This document shows positions 25,101 to 38,300 of a stretch of DNA of 64,000 bases, piece after piece. The notes under the pieces were generated by a model, which was given only the letters and a program-made list of their open reading frames with translations, made no database searches and had not been told where the DNA came from. The stretch lies in the NCBI GenBank assembly GCA_030141605.1, contig JAQGDQ010000047.1:620001-684000 (forward strand). The letters run 5' to 3'. The position numbers and the translations under genes are program-made. This DNA is from Tubiluchus corallicola (Eukaryota > Animalia > Priapulida). Position 1 is the first letter of the stretch. Each line of letters begins with the position of its first letter.

Positions 25101-28100
25101 GAATATATTAAATCCTTTACAACGAAAAACATAACATTATGTTTGGATAAGCTTAAACTTAAGAGACTAGCTGAAACATTGTAGCTGGTAGCAGCTATCG
25201 ATGGTGACAATAAACATGCAGCCAAACCGAACAGTGACTAAGGACATTTATGGGTGGCAGTTGACAAATAAAGAACAAATAACCGAGTACGCTTCTGTCT
25301 ACAGTTCAGCACACTGCAACCCAAAATTCAGCATTCAACAGTAGAAGCTGCTTAAAATTTATGTTTGTAGCAAGATCAGAATGTGGGTCATTATCAAAGC
25401 TAACTCTCCAAGTGTAACTTAAGCCTGATAACAGGCAGAGGTATCTTGGCCATGTAAATAAATTACAACCAAGTAAGTAGTTACAAACACAAGTAATAGC
25501 AAGTACTACCTCATTGTAATAATACAGGGGTGTCCCATAAACCCCACTATCTACATAATCCATGTCAGGCTCGTTGACCTCATCTGCAGGCTCTAAACCA
25601 AGTTCATCCAAAGCTTCATAGGCTTGCAGTCGCTCATAACCTTGCATGATTTCCTCTGCAAGCTGATTGTCACATGGTTCACGGCTATAGTCAAAGTTAT
25701 ACCTGCAAGAGAAGAAGACAACAATTAATGTCTCTTAATAAAAAGGAAAATCAGATTATTTTATGAGAAAGGCCAAGCCAGATCTAAATTGTGAATAAAT
25801 GCAACAGACAATCATTAATTTAAAGTAAGTTGATTTGACAAATACTTTTCATGAACTTTGTAACATGAAGTAACGAAATTTAATTATTCAAAAAAATTTA
25901 GTACATAATGGTCACTTTGTGGTTTTACTGTTCCATATGTGTAAAGAACTGTAAGACAATTGACTGGGCTTAAAGAAAATTTGGAAAACACTGAGGTCAG
26001 CATTGGAAGTCCACAAAAAGCAAAAAGAGGTGTCATGTTAACTTTGCTTTGTTTTACTTCCTTATATATGGAAGCTCCCAAAAGCCCACAAAGATGTTTC
26101 GGAATATTTTAATTATTTTTCCTTTTTGTAAAATATAATGCAAAATAAATTCAGCTTTTGAAAATAATACCCTAATATTAATTTTAAATATGAATCAGCA
26201 TTATTTAATTAAGATATTTTGAGACAAGTCTGTCAATTTAAATGATGGGTTTTCCTTTCATAATAATTTACTTTCTTAGCACATTAAAGTCTACTTCATT
26301 CGTTAAACTTTAAAATAGTCCCCATAGTTTACTCAACAAAACACATTTTGAGCTTATTTTCTGTTTTACACTAATTACATAGATAGTTTTTTGTTAATCT
26401 AAATCTTCTAATAACGTATTACAAATAGTTTTGTTTTTTACCTTTTTAGCTTAACCTATCACAAACATTTAGCTCACATTTTCGTATGTATTATCTGGCG
26501 GTTTCCTGCAACAAGTTACACATTTTCCTATGATTTGACCTCAGTGTTGATTTGATATGCTTTTACTATTTTCCTCTTGTGGTTTTTATTTAGTATGGAC
26601 TATGGTTTTTCTGTGATTTTCAGTGAATGTGTTTATATTACAAAAAAAGCTAGTAATTAATCAATTGTACTTTTTTCATCTGAAGGTAGTCCTCAGCAGT
26701 GGATTGTAATGTGCTTTATTGTGACATTTTTCAATTAATTGCAGTTACAAATTTTTATCAAAAACAAAGTTTATACCAGCTGCGAAATAAAAACGTTTGG
26801 AGCACTAAGGCAGCTGTTCAACAGCTTTCCAATAATGCGAAAAGCTTTCAGCATAAGAAAATAGTGCAATTATTGTTCATTTATGAGTATACGAGAATAA
26901 TGAAACAAGCTAATGGGCATATTACAGACCTTCATAATTCATCGAGACTGTGCACATGTTTGTAAAGCAACGGCACATGGCATAATTGCTTAGCTGCTAC
27001 TGCAAATGCTTAAAACTACATGTAATAATAAATGAAGATTACCTTGCCTTCCTAAGAACTGGCAAGAACATTGTAGCAGGTCAAGAGGGAATAGAGAAAA
27101 TAGCTAGAAATTCTTTCAATGAGAGGCAAACTAACATGGTCAGATCAAACTGTTTTAGATAAAATTAACAAATTCTCACATTAATTTTCTTCAAAAAAGA
27201 AAATGAATGAAACTATAGTATTCATTAAAATTATTTTAAACCTTGAACAAATATTTGGCCATAATTAACTTACCTATCCGCCACCAGAAGACTTAGAAGA
27301 ACACATTGAGTGTAGTCGTCATACCAACTAAACCCGTATTTGATCAGCCTCTGGATCTCACTTTCCAGGGTAATCAGAGTATCCAGACTTAGGTGGAATT
27401 TGAATGTGTCTTGAGGCAAGAATCGATCTTGACAATTCCCAAAAAGGTCATCTAAAAATGGTTTATGATGCAATTATTTCCTGCCTTTAACATGAAAGTT
27501 TTTGAATAATAGAAAAACAATACCAAAACCTGAAAATGAATTGTTTGAAAGTCACCATTGACCAAAAAGAATTTATTTATTAAATCACGTTTATTGAAAA
27601 ACGTAAAAATATTTACAGAAACAATTTATTTTCAGGATTCAGGGTAGTTTCACAACATTACTAATTACAGTAACAATTCAAAATTTAGCCAACAATAGCA
27701 AGTGAACAAAAATTGTCAAACTAAAGTAAAGTAGAAGCAGTGGGTCTATATGCAAAATTATAGAATCATTTCTCTACTGATTATTTTCCTCATTAATATT
27801 TTTCATAACTATTTCTTAACAGACATTTATGTATGTCTTTATAACATTCGGATTTCTAAAAGGCTAAACCTCTTTAACATAGCTTGGCAAAACTCTATTT
27901 ATAGAGTGCCTGGCTTCTTCTATTATCAATGGGTAATCAGTAACTAGGTGATGGTGTTTGAATCCCATCACTGCAGCTAAAAGATGTCCTATGGTAGGCC
28001 ATTGAATGAGTTAAACCTCTCAATTTACTGTTTGGCAAGCTATAACCTATACAGTGAACATAAATCCCAATTATATTATCATGTTTGGAACACTTATGGT

Positions 28101-29231
28101 CTTCGAATTTCAGGCAAAATATATAATTTTTAAGTTCTGCATATGTCAAAATGTATCCCGGCCAAAGTGATAAGAACTAGAATGGCCTTTTACATACGTG
28201 AGTAAGTTCCCCGTAGTCTGGAAATATCTAGTACGCCCACTTCAGCCAGTTTTGAGAAAAACGGAAAAACTGTTTTCACTTGCCAAAAAGCAGTGATTTA
28301 ATAAATTAAATATTTGGATTAAATACCCATTAAAAGGTGCTTTATTATCTTGCAAAAAGAAATAAACATTTAGTTCTTAATGTTTATGTAGTTTAATGTA
28401 GCTTTTTAAATTAATGGATTTAAATGGACATAGGTCGCGCACTTGCAAATGAAAGCATGTGATGCTTGTTTTCAAAAACGGTACTAGGTTCCTAAATGCG
28501 CTCAAGCGAAACAGGGATGCCACTAAGAGGTTTTCAACTACGTAAACTGGGAACTACGTTTATGTACTGAAACTGCTTTGATTTGTCAATCACCCTTTCA
28601 ATTAACCGCTCAGGTATGCAGGATCTGGCTTATGACTGGCTACTTGTCTTTGATTTTTACCTTAAAGCTTGCTAAAACTTCCCTAGAGTGGGCGGCTGGT
28701 GTGCAGTTTGACAGTTTTCTTTCCAATATAAAGAAAACACTAAGTTCCGTGTGCACATACGTATATTGTATGTAGTTATACATGTTCCATGCAATATAAT
28801 ATATAGCACTTTACAATAAATGTAAAGTGTATTTATCGTTAATTACGAAGGCAACCCATAAATCACATATTAAGTACAACAGTTGTGCATTAGATACATA
28901 CAAAATGTTTTTTTTCACTTGCAGATGCCTTGTCAATCTAATACGGAAAGTCCTTGTGTAATTAGTAACACATTCCCCTGGGTAAAACATATTATTGGGT
29001 TCTTGTCCAGCAGTAGTTGCATTTGTACTACGGTAAGGTATGGTTGCTATGGCAACCAGGTAAAAGGAAACAAAAGTTAAATGAGTAGACCCCCAATATA
29101 ATTTAGAGTATTATAGAAAGCTGAGCATATACTAAAAAGACATTAAGAAGAAAACACTACCATAGGTTACGAGGACAATGCTGTCAAAGCGAGAAAGAAA
29201 AACTGAACGAGAGAGAGAGGGGGGAGGGAGC

Positions 29232-29321
<90 letters not shown>

Positions 29322-32300
29322 TTCAACACGCTTAAATTGTATCAAATAGTAAACCGACCAACAGTGCAGTTCTGAGAGAATCTTGTGAAACTGATAAACG
29401 CATTCTGACCCAAGCTGGGTTAAAAGAGGTTAATAAACAGTAAATCCTGCCAATTGAAAGGAATTACAGAAAATAATAGCGCCTTAGCAGCAGTCTGTGG
29501 ACTTTAAACTCGATTACTGTTTTTCCAAGTTGCGAAGTATGTCCAATCGATAAACCGTCTTTACTTCCAGAGTGTTAATGCGTCCGTGGTGAATATTTTC
29601 GATAATTCAGAATACGTAATATTTTGGACCTCTGAGACACTGGCTATAAATAAATTATACGATATATGTGCACTTCCGAACGACACCTCAAGGGTAATTG
29701 AACGAATTGGTTCCATGCAAAGCTGCATACTGTATATATTATATAATACAATGAGTGACAGTATGACCGTCGAGATTAATCCGCCATTCCATAAATAATC
29801 TGTCTATAACAATATGCAGATAAAGCGCTAAGCCACTAACCATAATTGCACTTGCCTCTAATATTACCCCAAGATTATGCCTGATAACATGGAGTTCAGA
29901 AAATGGAAATGCTCTTAACTATAAGACCTAGTATTTTATCTCTACTGTGATTAAAGAACATTTATTATCACTATTAAAAACTTTATTATTCCGAGTCTGT
30001 TTAACCCAATGTACACATACAGTGCAGTCACATCTTATTTGCGTTTAGAAAAAATGACAAAAAATTAATGACATTACGTTCATAACAAAAACCTATTACA
30101 CCCAACAAAACATATAATTTTGTCAGTAATATTACATTGAACAAACTCGACGAAAATGAAGGAAATGAGAAAAATTGGGACTAAGTTTTTATTTAATCCG
30201 GGCCCTACAAGTAAATTAATACTTCTGTGACCATAATAGTTCTTCATTCGATCCTAACAACTTAACTCTATAGTCTATACGCGTTAGTTTACTTACACTG
30301 TCTTACAGAAGAGAAATGCAGTAATTACAAATTAGTTAAATTATTTCTATGTAATTAAATGGGATAATTTGCATGGCCTGCATCCTATAATAATTTTACA
30401 TAGCAATATTGCTGTCATATTAAATAAATCTGGGATGTAAACCGTCAGTGAAAAGGAGTTAGATCTGTACGAGTTTGAGCCATGTTTAGTCAACGCTGGT
30501 CTTATAGGTAGTAATATCATGCTTCAGATAAATTTAGACATGGCATAATCATGTTTCTACATTTGACCACGAATAAGTTTGGCGAACGGTGTAACGTAAA
30601 CACATGTAGTTGGTATTAAATTAGCGTACATTGCCACAATAACTGTCATAGTGCAAATTAATTCACTCGATGAGATAAATTGGTTGTACTGACCATATTT
30701 GAAGTCGAATGTATAAATGTTCTAATTACACGTAGCAACATTAAATGTCAGTATGTCACACAAAACTGCCCCCATAATATTACTAAAGACTCGGCCAGTA
30801 TGCAATAACAATAACACATCTCACCTTAAATAACTTTTAGTAGGTCAGCTGCTGAAGCTAGAGGTTAGGTGTACGTATGTGAGAAACATCATATGTATAA
30901 TCATTAATGTTCACAAACAAATTAAATGTTTTTTATTTAAATAAAACGACTAGAAGTACGTGTTTTAACAATATCTATTGTAATTAAGACGAAAAATATA
31001 TTTGGCAGTCCCATAATTTTAACTACATCTAGCTAGACTGTCGATATGTCTTTTTCCGTCATAATTACAATACAGAATATTAAAATTCATTCTTCTAGTT
31101 GTTTTGTTTATTGTGAGATTAAAATTTTCGAGAAAAGAGAATTTTGCTTATTTACTTACAAAGTCACATTATGTTGTTCATGTCTGCTACGGAAAATAAA
31201 AGACTTTTGCAAAAAGACTTTTTGACTATATAGTGTAGTTATGTGGGTTACAGGCTCCTGGATCAAACCTCCTTCTGGATAAACCGGTTGAAAATCATTT
31301 TTTTCTATTTTTGCATGATAAAAAATTTATGAATGATGTGCATCATTTGAATTATTTGCGCATTCGTAACTTTAGTAAAAATGGGTGGTTATACGCAAAG
31401 TATGTCACGCAATGACAACAGCTGCTCAGTGTGTCCATGATGCGTGTGTCCTCGTGATGGATTTATGAACTGCAACACTGCAGCATCCTCGGGGAATTAA
31501 TGCAGGTTTCAGGAAGTTCAAAGCAAGTTTCGGGAAGTCATTAGTCCTTGCACAGATTAATAACATCGGGCAGTTGTTCTGTGCAAATCCTCTTAGAACT
31601 TTCGTAGCTGACTGGAAAAATCTCATCAAGAGAATAACCTAAAACTCTAAATACAGGCAGCATTTACGCAGTTTAGATGAGTCGATCTTGCTTTCTGAGA
31701 ATTAGCATAACAGACAACGCTCTTCGTTGCACTTTTACCTTCACATTTTCTTATTCGCATACATCGCCATGTTTCTAAAAACTGTTCCATTTCTGGGCGA
31801 TTCACACCTGCGAGTTACAATCTTCACATCTAAGTGTAACTTAAAAAGTTCTGTCTATCAAGGGCAGAATGGGCATATGTTATGAATTGCAAACTTCCAA
31901 TGTTCCAAATAGTTTACTCTGCGCGGTTGTGTAATTTTGTGTGAAATGGCAAAAATAATTAAGTTCAAAAGTCTTTTCTTGCCGTCATAGTATCATACAT
32001 GTTGTTGTCTCTTGACACCATGAAGATAAAGTAAAAGTTTTTCACAGAGGTCAAACAATACCGATAGTGATAAAAGGTATACACAACTATGTCGCCAATG
32101 TCGGTTTTGATCCTGGTTTAAAAATCATTTCTTACTTAAGTTATTGTCTTTTTTTAAACAAAAGTAAATCTTGTAATGTAGATAGCTATAGACTTCAAAA
32201 AGTTTTCAATAAAATAAATATTAAAATTGTCAATTCATTATACACGATATATGGTTTGCTATAAGAAATCAACGGAGTTTAAATTTCATTTTACGATCAA

Positions 32301-35300
32301 AAAATTTATTGAATAATATTACTGTAGCAATAAGTCTTACAATTCCATAATTTAATTTTAACATGGTAATAATGAAAAGTTTAGGTGTGTATACTTATTT
32401 ATGAGCTTGTTTGCATCAACAAATTAACCAGAATACTAAGTTAAGAGTTGACTTGTATATACATTACTCTGTTTACATTACAAAGCAAATAAAGTGTATA
32501 AACTGCATGTACTCACCATCAATACAGTCCTCCCCCGCCACACAAAGGTCCGGGCTGATCAAACACCCTGCAAAAATAAACAAATCAAAGATCAACAACA
32601 GTATTTTGAATCCTCAAAATGTTGACAAGTGGCATAGAACATTTGGTGAGGCAAAACAAAATGTAATGCAATGTTCAATGGGGAAAATATGCTATACATA
32701 AACCACAGAAAAACTGGACTAAACGAGGACTGGAAGTGATGAATACTGTAGGAGCAGGCCTGCACATCTTTTACAAGATAATTTCAAAACAGACAAGCGC
32801 TTACTTACGCCACAGTCAACTAATATGAATTAGTCAAATCAACAATTAACCAGCTAGTAAGGCAACCAGCAAACATCACACAAACTCACAACCCTATTAA
32901 TTACAGACTAAACAACCAGTCAGCCAGCTATCAGACATATGAAGCTGATATCAAATTCACAGCAAATTTTTTAAAATTGTATTCAAGAACGTCAGATCAT
33001 AAATGAAATATCGCTAGTTCATTCCACAGTCTTTTAGGCTGTGCAAGTGTGTGCAATCATCAGGCAACTGCTACATCGAACTGGTGCAATCTGGCCAAAC
33101 AGAATGCGTGTACTTCTGCAAGATATTAATTAACTGCTCTAGGAGTACTCGATTAGTTGACATTATTGAGTCTGTTGCTGTGTGTCTTGTCGTAATTTTC
33201 ATCTTTATTACAGGGTAATATTGATCAAACTTGAACACAGGAGAATACATTGAAGAGGATAAGCCTGAGGTAGGGTCATTACGAGTGGGAGTTAAGCACT
33301 GAAGTTTACAGAGAAACCAATTTTATCAACAGTATGTTGTTATGTACTTATAAGTAACAATTACTCACAGTAGGTCAACATCAACAATAACAAAGCATTT
33401 TATAATTATTATACTAGCGCAATAATTGCGTGGACACGGGAAGATTGGCTTTGATTGAATAATATTGCAGGTGATGCGTGTACAACGTAGAAGCCATGCA
33501 AATATGCAACTAGATGACGAAGTTAATGAAGCGCTCTTATTGCGTAACCGGCAATGCGGAAATTATTCACTACATATCGCAAGCGGTAATGAGTCGCACG
33601 GTAAAAACGCTAACAACGGTATCTAATACAACAGTCAAGGCAGTTTTCATTTTCATTCTGTGATGAGTAGGCGAACAACCAGTTTCGCACAATTCGCTTT
33701 ACTATAGCGAAGATAAATAATCTTATTTTGTGAGTAAGCTTAATAAAAATGATTTTTGACCGACTAATGCACGCAAAGATCGTGGAACTTTCCTGTTATG
33801 GTAGCTTCCTTGACCTTTAGCCCGAATTATTTAATTTACCAGGAATTAACTTTTCTACTGGCACAAACACTCTATAAACAAGTGGGAGAGTTTCTTGCTG
33901 ATAAAAATTACCCTACAAATTCTTTAAAACACGCAAATTGTTGTACTAGTTATTCCGATAATTAATTAGCTGGTCACACTTTGAGTAAGGACTGTCGCAA
34001 GGAAAATTAAGGAAAGAGTTAGAAGACGCTAGTCACCCCTGAAATAATTTTGCTCAAGGAAATGAGAAACTCGCCGGTGAAAATAAGATGTTATCACAGG
34101 CCCTAAAATAATGAAAAAGCATATTATTTGAGGAATTTGCAAACTTTCTAGACTAGAATAAGATTCCATTGTGATTAAATGACTTGATGTCTTTTCACAA
34201 CTCAGTTAAAATGGCTGTTACAGAAGCTATTTAGAAATGTGCATGGCATCTTTCACACATATCGTCCTGTGACCGCTCGAGGTAAGCGATACCGTGACCA
34301 GATATAATCGCCAGAAAACGAGAATTCTATATACATGAATTAATAGTGATGAAAGATATAAATTGACGTCCTCCTTGAAGCGAGGTTATAATTAGCGGAG
34401 AAACAAGTGTGATAAATAATTCCACATGCACAGACTAGAAGTCCGCAGGAAAAATTGGAGTTATCCGGTTCAGTATTTAGGAATGTTCAGCACGAAATTT
34501 TGAGAAATTTCTAGAAAACTGTTCAAGTTAGGAATCTTGAAGAAGTGATATCACGACAGTATCCTCTCTAAAGCTAGTTATATAACACACTCAATTTAAC
34601 TACTCAACTTCACTGAGAAGATTGACTTCTAATCAAATTCTACAAACTCAGAGCAGGATTTTGCAACTGTCAAGCAGGTTTAGGTAGCTGGGTGAGGAAC
34701 CAGCCCTGCACATGTGCATGACAGCAGTGTTTCGTGTCACCAGCTGCTTAAAATAAATTTATCATCAAAATAAAAGAAAAGCTAAAATTTAGTGTGACAA
34801 GAAAGTAGAAATTGTGGTACAGCACCGTGTATTAATAATTTGTTGAAAGTTAAATATTTTGGCTAAGGAAAAATTATCTTGATATCCAGTTGGTCCCCAC
34901 CGTTTGCTGTCACAGCAACAGCAATAGCTTCATTACAGTACGATTCTGTGGTTCACCTTGAATAGATTCTCCCTGAGTTTATTCTTCTGTATAAACAGGG
35001 AAAACGCTTCTATGGAGAATCGATAATAAAGCATTTAATGTTACGCAATGCGTATTTATTATGTATTAGATGTAGAAGAACAACTCCACACACATTCTCC
35101 TATTAGAAATATTATAAGAGTTAAAATGTCATCGTCAGTCAACCCAAGGCCAGCTGATACACGTGCACCCTGAATATGTAGCGACAAAGGTAAGTTCAAC
35201 GATGGAATCAAAGCTTAGAAAAAAATCACGTACGAGTGAAAATCAGTACAAACAGATATGCCTTGCTACATAATCCGAATGATGATTGAGTGATGAATGG

Positions 35301-38300
35301 CCAAGTGGTTAAGGCGAAGTAAAGAATGGCGTCGAAGCTGGTCAATGAACGAATGTGTGTACCTGATTCTCACTCTGTACATTCGCCATGATGATCCTGG
35401 CTGTTTACCTCGTAGATGGAAGACGTATATGTATCCAAAAATGGTTAAGACTGCTCTGCCAGTTCAGTGGTTGTTAGAGAGATAACTCTGATAATGATTC
35501 AGATTCCAGTTTTCCCACGACCATCAATCTTAGAGTTTAGCTGGCAAGCAACTGTCAATGAATTGACTTGACGGTTTGCGGATTGCAGTGTCTGAACTTG
35601 TACAAACATATTATTCTGGCCATATCGTCGCTGGACTTACTGCACCTGCTCTAACCGCTATGTAAATTCTGGTGACCAATGCATACAATACTTGTCACAT
35701 GAGTGCTATTCCACATGAGTGTCCTTCATTTTTTTAGTTAGAAGATTGTCAGCCCAGAGCATATAAGAAGGAGCTTCGCAAACTATGAAAGCCATCGAAT
35801 GAATTCATTGAAGAGCTCAGAAAAATATTTATAACTTCGGTTCATTTTCCACTGATTAGTCATTACATAACTATTAACGTGTTTTGCTACTTTGGTGCAA
35901 CTTTCATAATGGTTTAAGTAGTCACTAATTATGCTGACATGGTCAAAGAAATTATTTATGTGGATTGAGTGACAATGACTGACACGAAATGTAAATTGCG
36001 CCAATAGTACGCTGAAAGCCAGGCGTAGGTGTCTCCTAGCTGTAGATATAGACGTAGTGTGTGAGGAAAATCAATCTCTCCAGTACATGGGCGAGATCAC
36101 TGCAAACAGCGTGGGAAGCTCTATGTAGTTAACATTTCACTAAGAAGCCACAAAAATACAGTAAACAAAGGGATGTGAATTCGAGCAGAAGGCTATCAGA
36201 TGGTGTGAAAAAGCGAATGATTTAATCCACGAAGCACGCACTCGAAAGGTTGGCTGCGTTTACAGATTTATTGTATTCTTATTGTGCGTGGTGTAATGAC
36301 ATTATATATAGACACCCAGTGGACGACAGGTGCAAACGCCTCAGTAATAACTAAACAATTCCGTTAATGACAGAAGCCAAAAAGTTAGAGCATCACCATC
36401 ATTTAAAAGCAATTACAAATGTACAATTCATGATAAAATACATTAACAACACAGGCATTTTGCAAAAAAGTCGACATGGTATTTTCAAGACCATAATCTT
36501 TCGTTAGTATATTCCTGTCAGCAGTAGAATTTAAAATACAACGATAAGAAATAATTAGTAAACCAATGAATAAACAGACGTTGTTCATTGTGTTAACTTG
36601 TATTGTATTAACATTGCATTAACACTGAATTAACAGAATAAATATAATTTAAAAAAAATGTTTATTTAAATTATCTTAAAATACGGTATTAAACTATTAA
36701 AACACAATTAAAATGTGTGTTACATTTCCCGATTTTAACAATTCTAGACAACTTATGTGAGTTATTTGTAGTAAAACCTCTAGAGTGTAAACTGTTTGAA
36801 TTGCATGTACACAATATATATATATAGCGTGGAAAATCTACGCCTGCTTGTAGGAATTATAATTTTCTCTTATTATGATTATACATAAATCTGTGTGTAC
36901 CTTTAAAAATGTCAGTGTTCACAGTGTAGCAGCAGAGCACTGATACACATCAACCTCAAAGACATGGTTGTTGAAGAGTAAAATCGCAAAGTGATTGGAC
37001 TGCGTAATTGCATTGCAGTTTTCCGCAAATCATTCCCAATAGGTTTGGACAGTGACAAACACAGAGTTCTAACTGCCATACAAATAAAAATAATGCAAAT
37101 AGAAAACTAATCTAAAATCCAAAGCGGTCAAAGCGTTACAACTTAACAGACCACCATCCACCATAGTTTAGTAGACGTTAATTAACGGTAATTGATGTTA
37201 TCCATAATTAGCAGTAACATTAAGAAGTGTGCTGGCCAATGTCACCGTTATAAGTAGGCCAATCTGCATTCATAATGTTTTAATACCGTTAACATTTATT
37301 CTAGCTTATGTGGAATTTTGATTCGCTGCTTCGATAGCATTTCAGATGGTTTTAGATGACTGACGCGTAAGAACAATTGATTTTTCCATCGGAGTAGACC
37401 TATTATAGCCTTGTAAGATTAGAGGCGCAAGATTATTACTCTCTGATTTAACACGATATACCCACGCAAAGCTTTTAGCCAGGACAAGGAGTAGGAAGAC
37501 TTGAGAATATTACATTAGTCACTAACCACATGGGACCTGAGCCAGAGAGGAGAGAAATAGGCAGGTGATAAGAATACAAACGGTAAAGAGTAAAAATAAG
37601 GAGAAGAAACAGTCAGATTAAAGCAAGAGGCATTACAAACTACAGAACGAAAAATCTGTAAGCATCTACGTTTGTATGTAGTAGGACTTCTTGAACATAA
37701 GCTTTTACTGTTAGGACATCCCTGTTGATAAAATGGATGTTATCAGTATGAGCACCAATTCATTGTGCTTTTCAGTGGAAAACACAAGATTTAGCTCAGA
37801 GAACTTCTAGAAATTAGAGGGAAATAATCAGTGGGAAGAAATAATGAAAAATTCAGTTAAGAACATGCATAACTATACAGCATAAGAAGAGGAATATAAC
37901 AGTATCAATAATGTACATGTGGTCCTACAAATAATTTGTTATTGGTGCTATTCAGGACTACTCATAATTCTTTTTAGAATAATATTCTAGCAAGGTTTAG
38001 CTTAATAATCAATGCAAAATAATTACCTGCGATAGTGCCTCAAATGTACTGACCAAGTATACAAATAATATACAATGCTGCCGACAAGTGCATTCCATTG
38101 GCCGGCCTAATGAGCCCATACTATAAATGCATATGATATTCAATGTGCATTTATCTGAATCGTACTAGGTAGAATGTAGGTAATTATCACTGAATTTCTT
38201 CTGATGCCATGGTATCCCTATTTAGATCAATAAATTACATTAATGTCTGTACATTTCTGATAGCCTACATTACGGATAGTACTGAATAATTACCTTCCGC

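Noticed and set aside
31426-31629. DFPKLALNFL resembles a hAT dimerisation-domain fragment
   Set aside because: The diagnostic WW and IPATS..ER.FS residues are absent; too weak to call.
35290-35370. TGGCCAAGTGGTTAAGGCG resembles a tRNA-Ser/Leu D-arm (A box)
   Set aside because: There is no matching T-arm GTTCRA or acceptor stem at the right distance, so it cannot fold as a tRNA.
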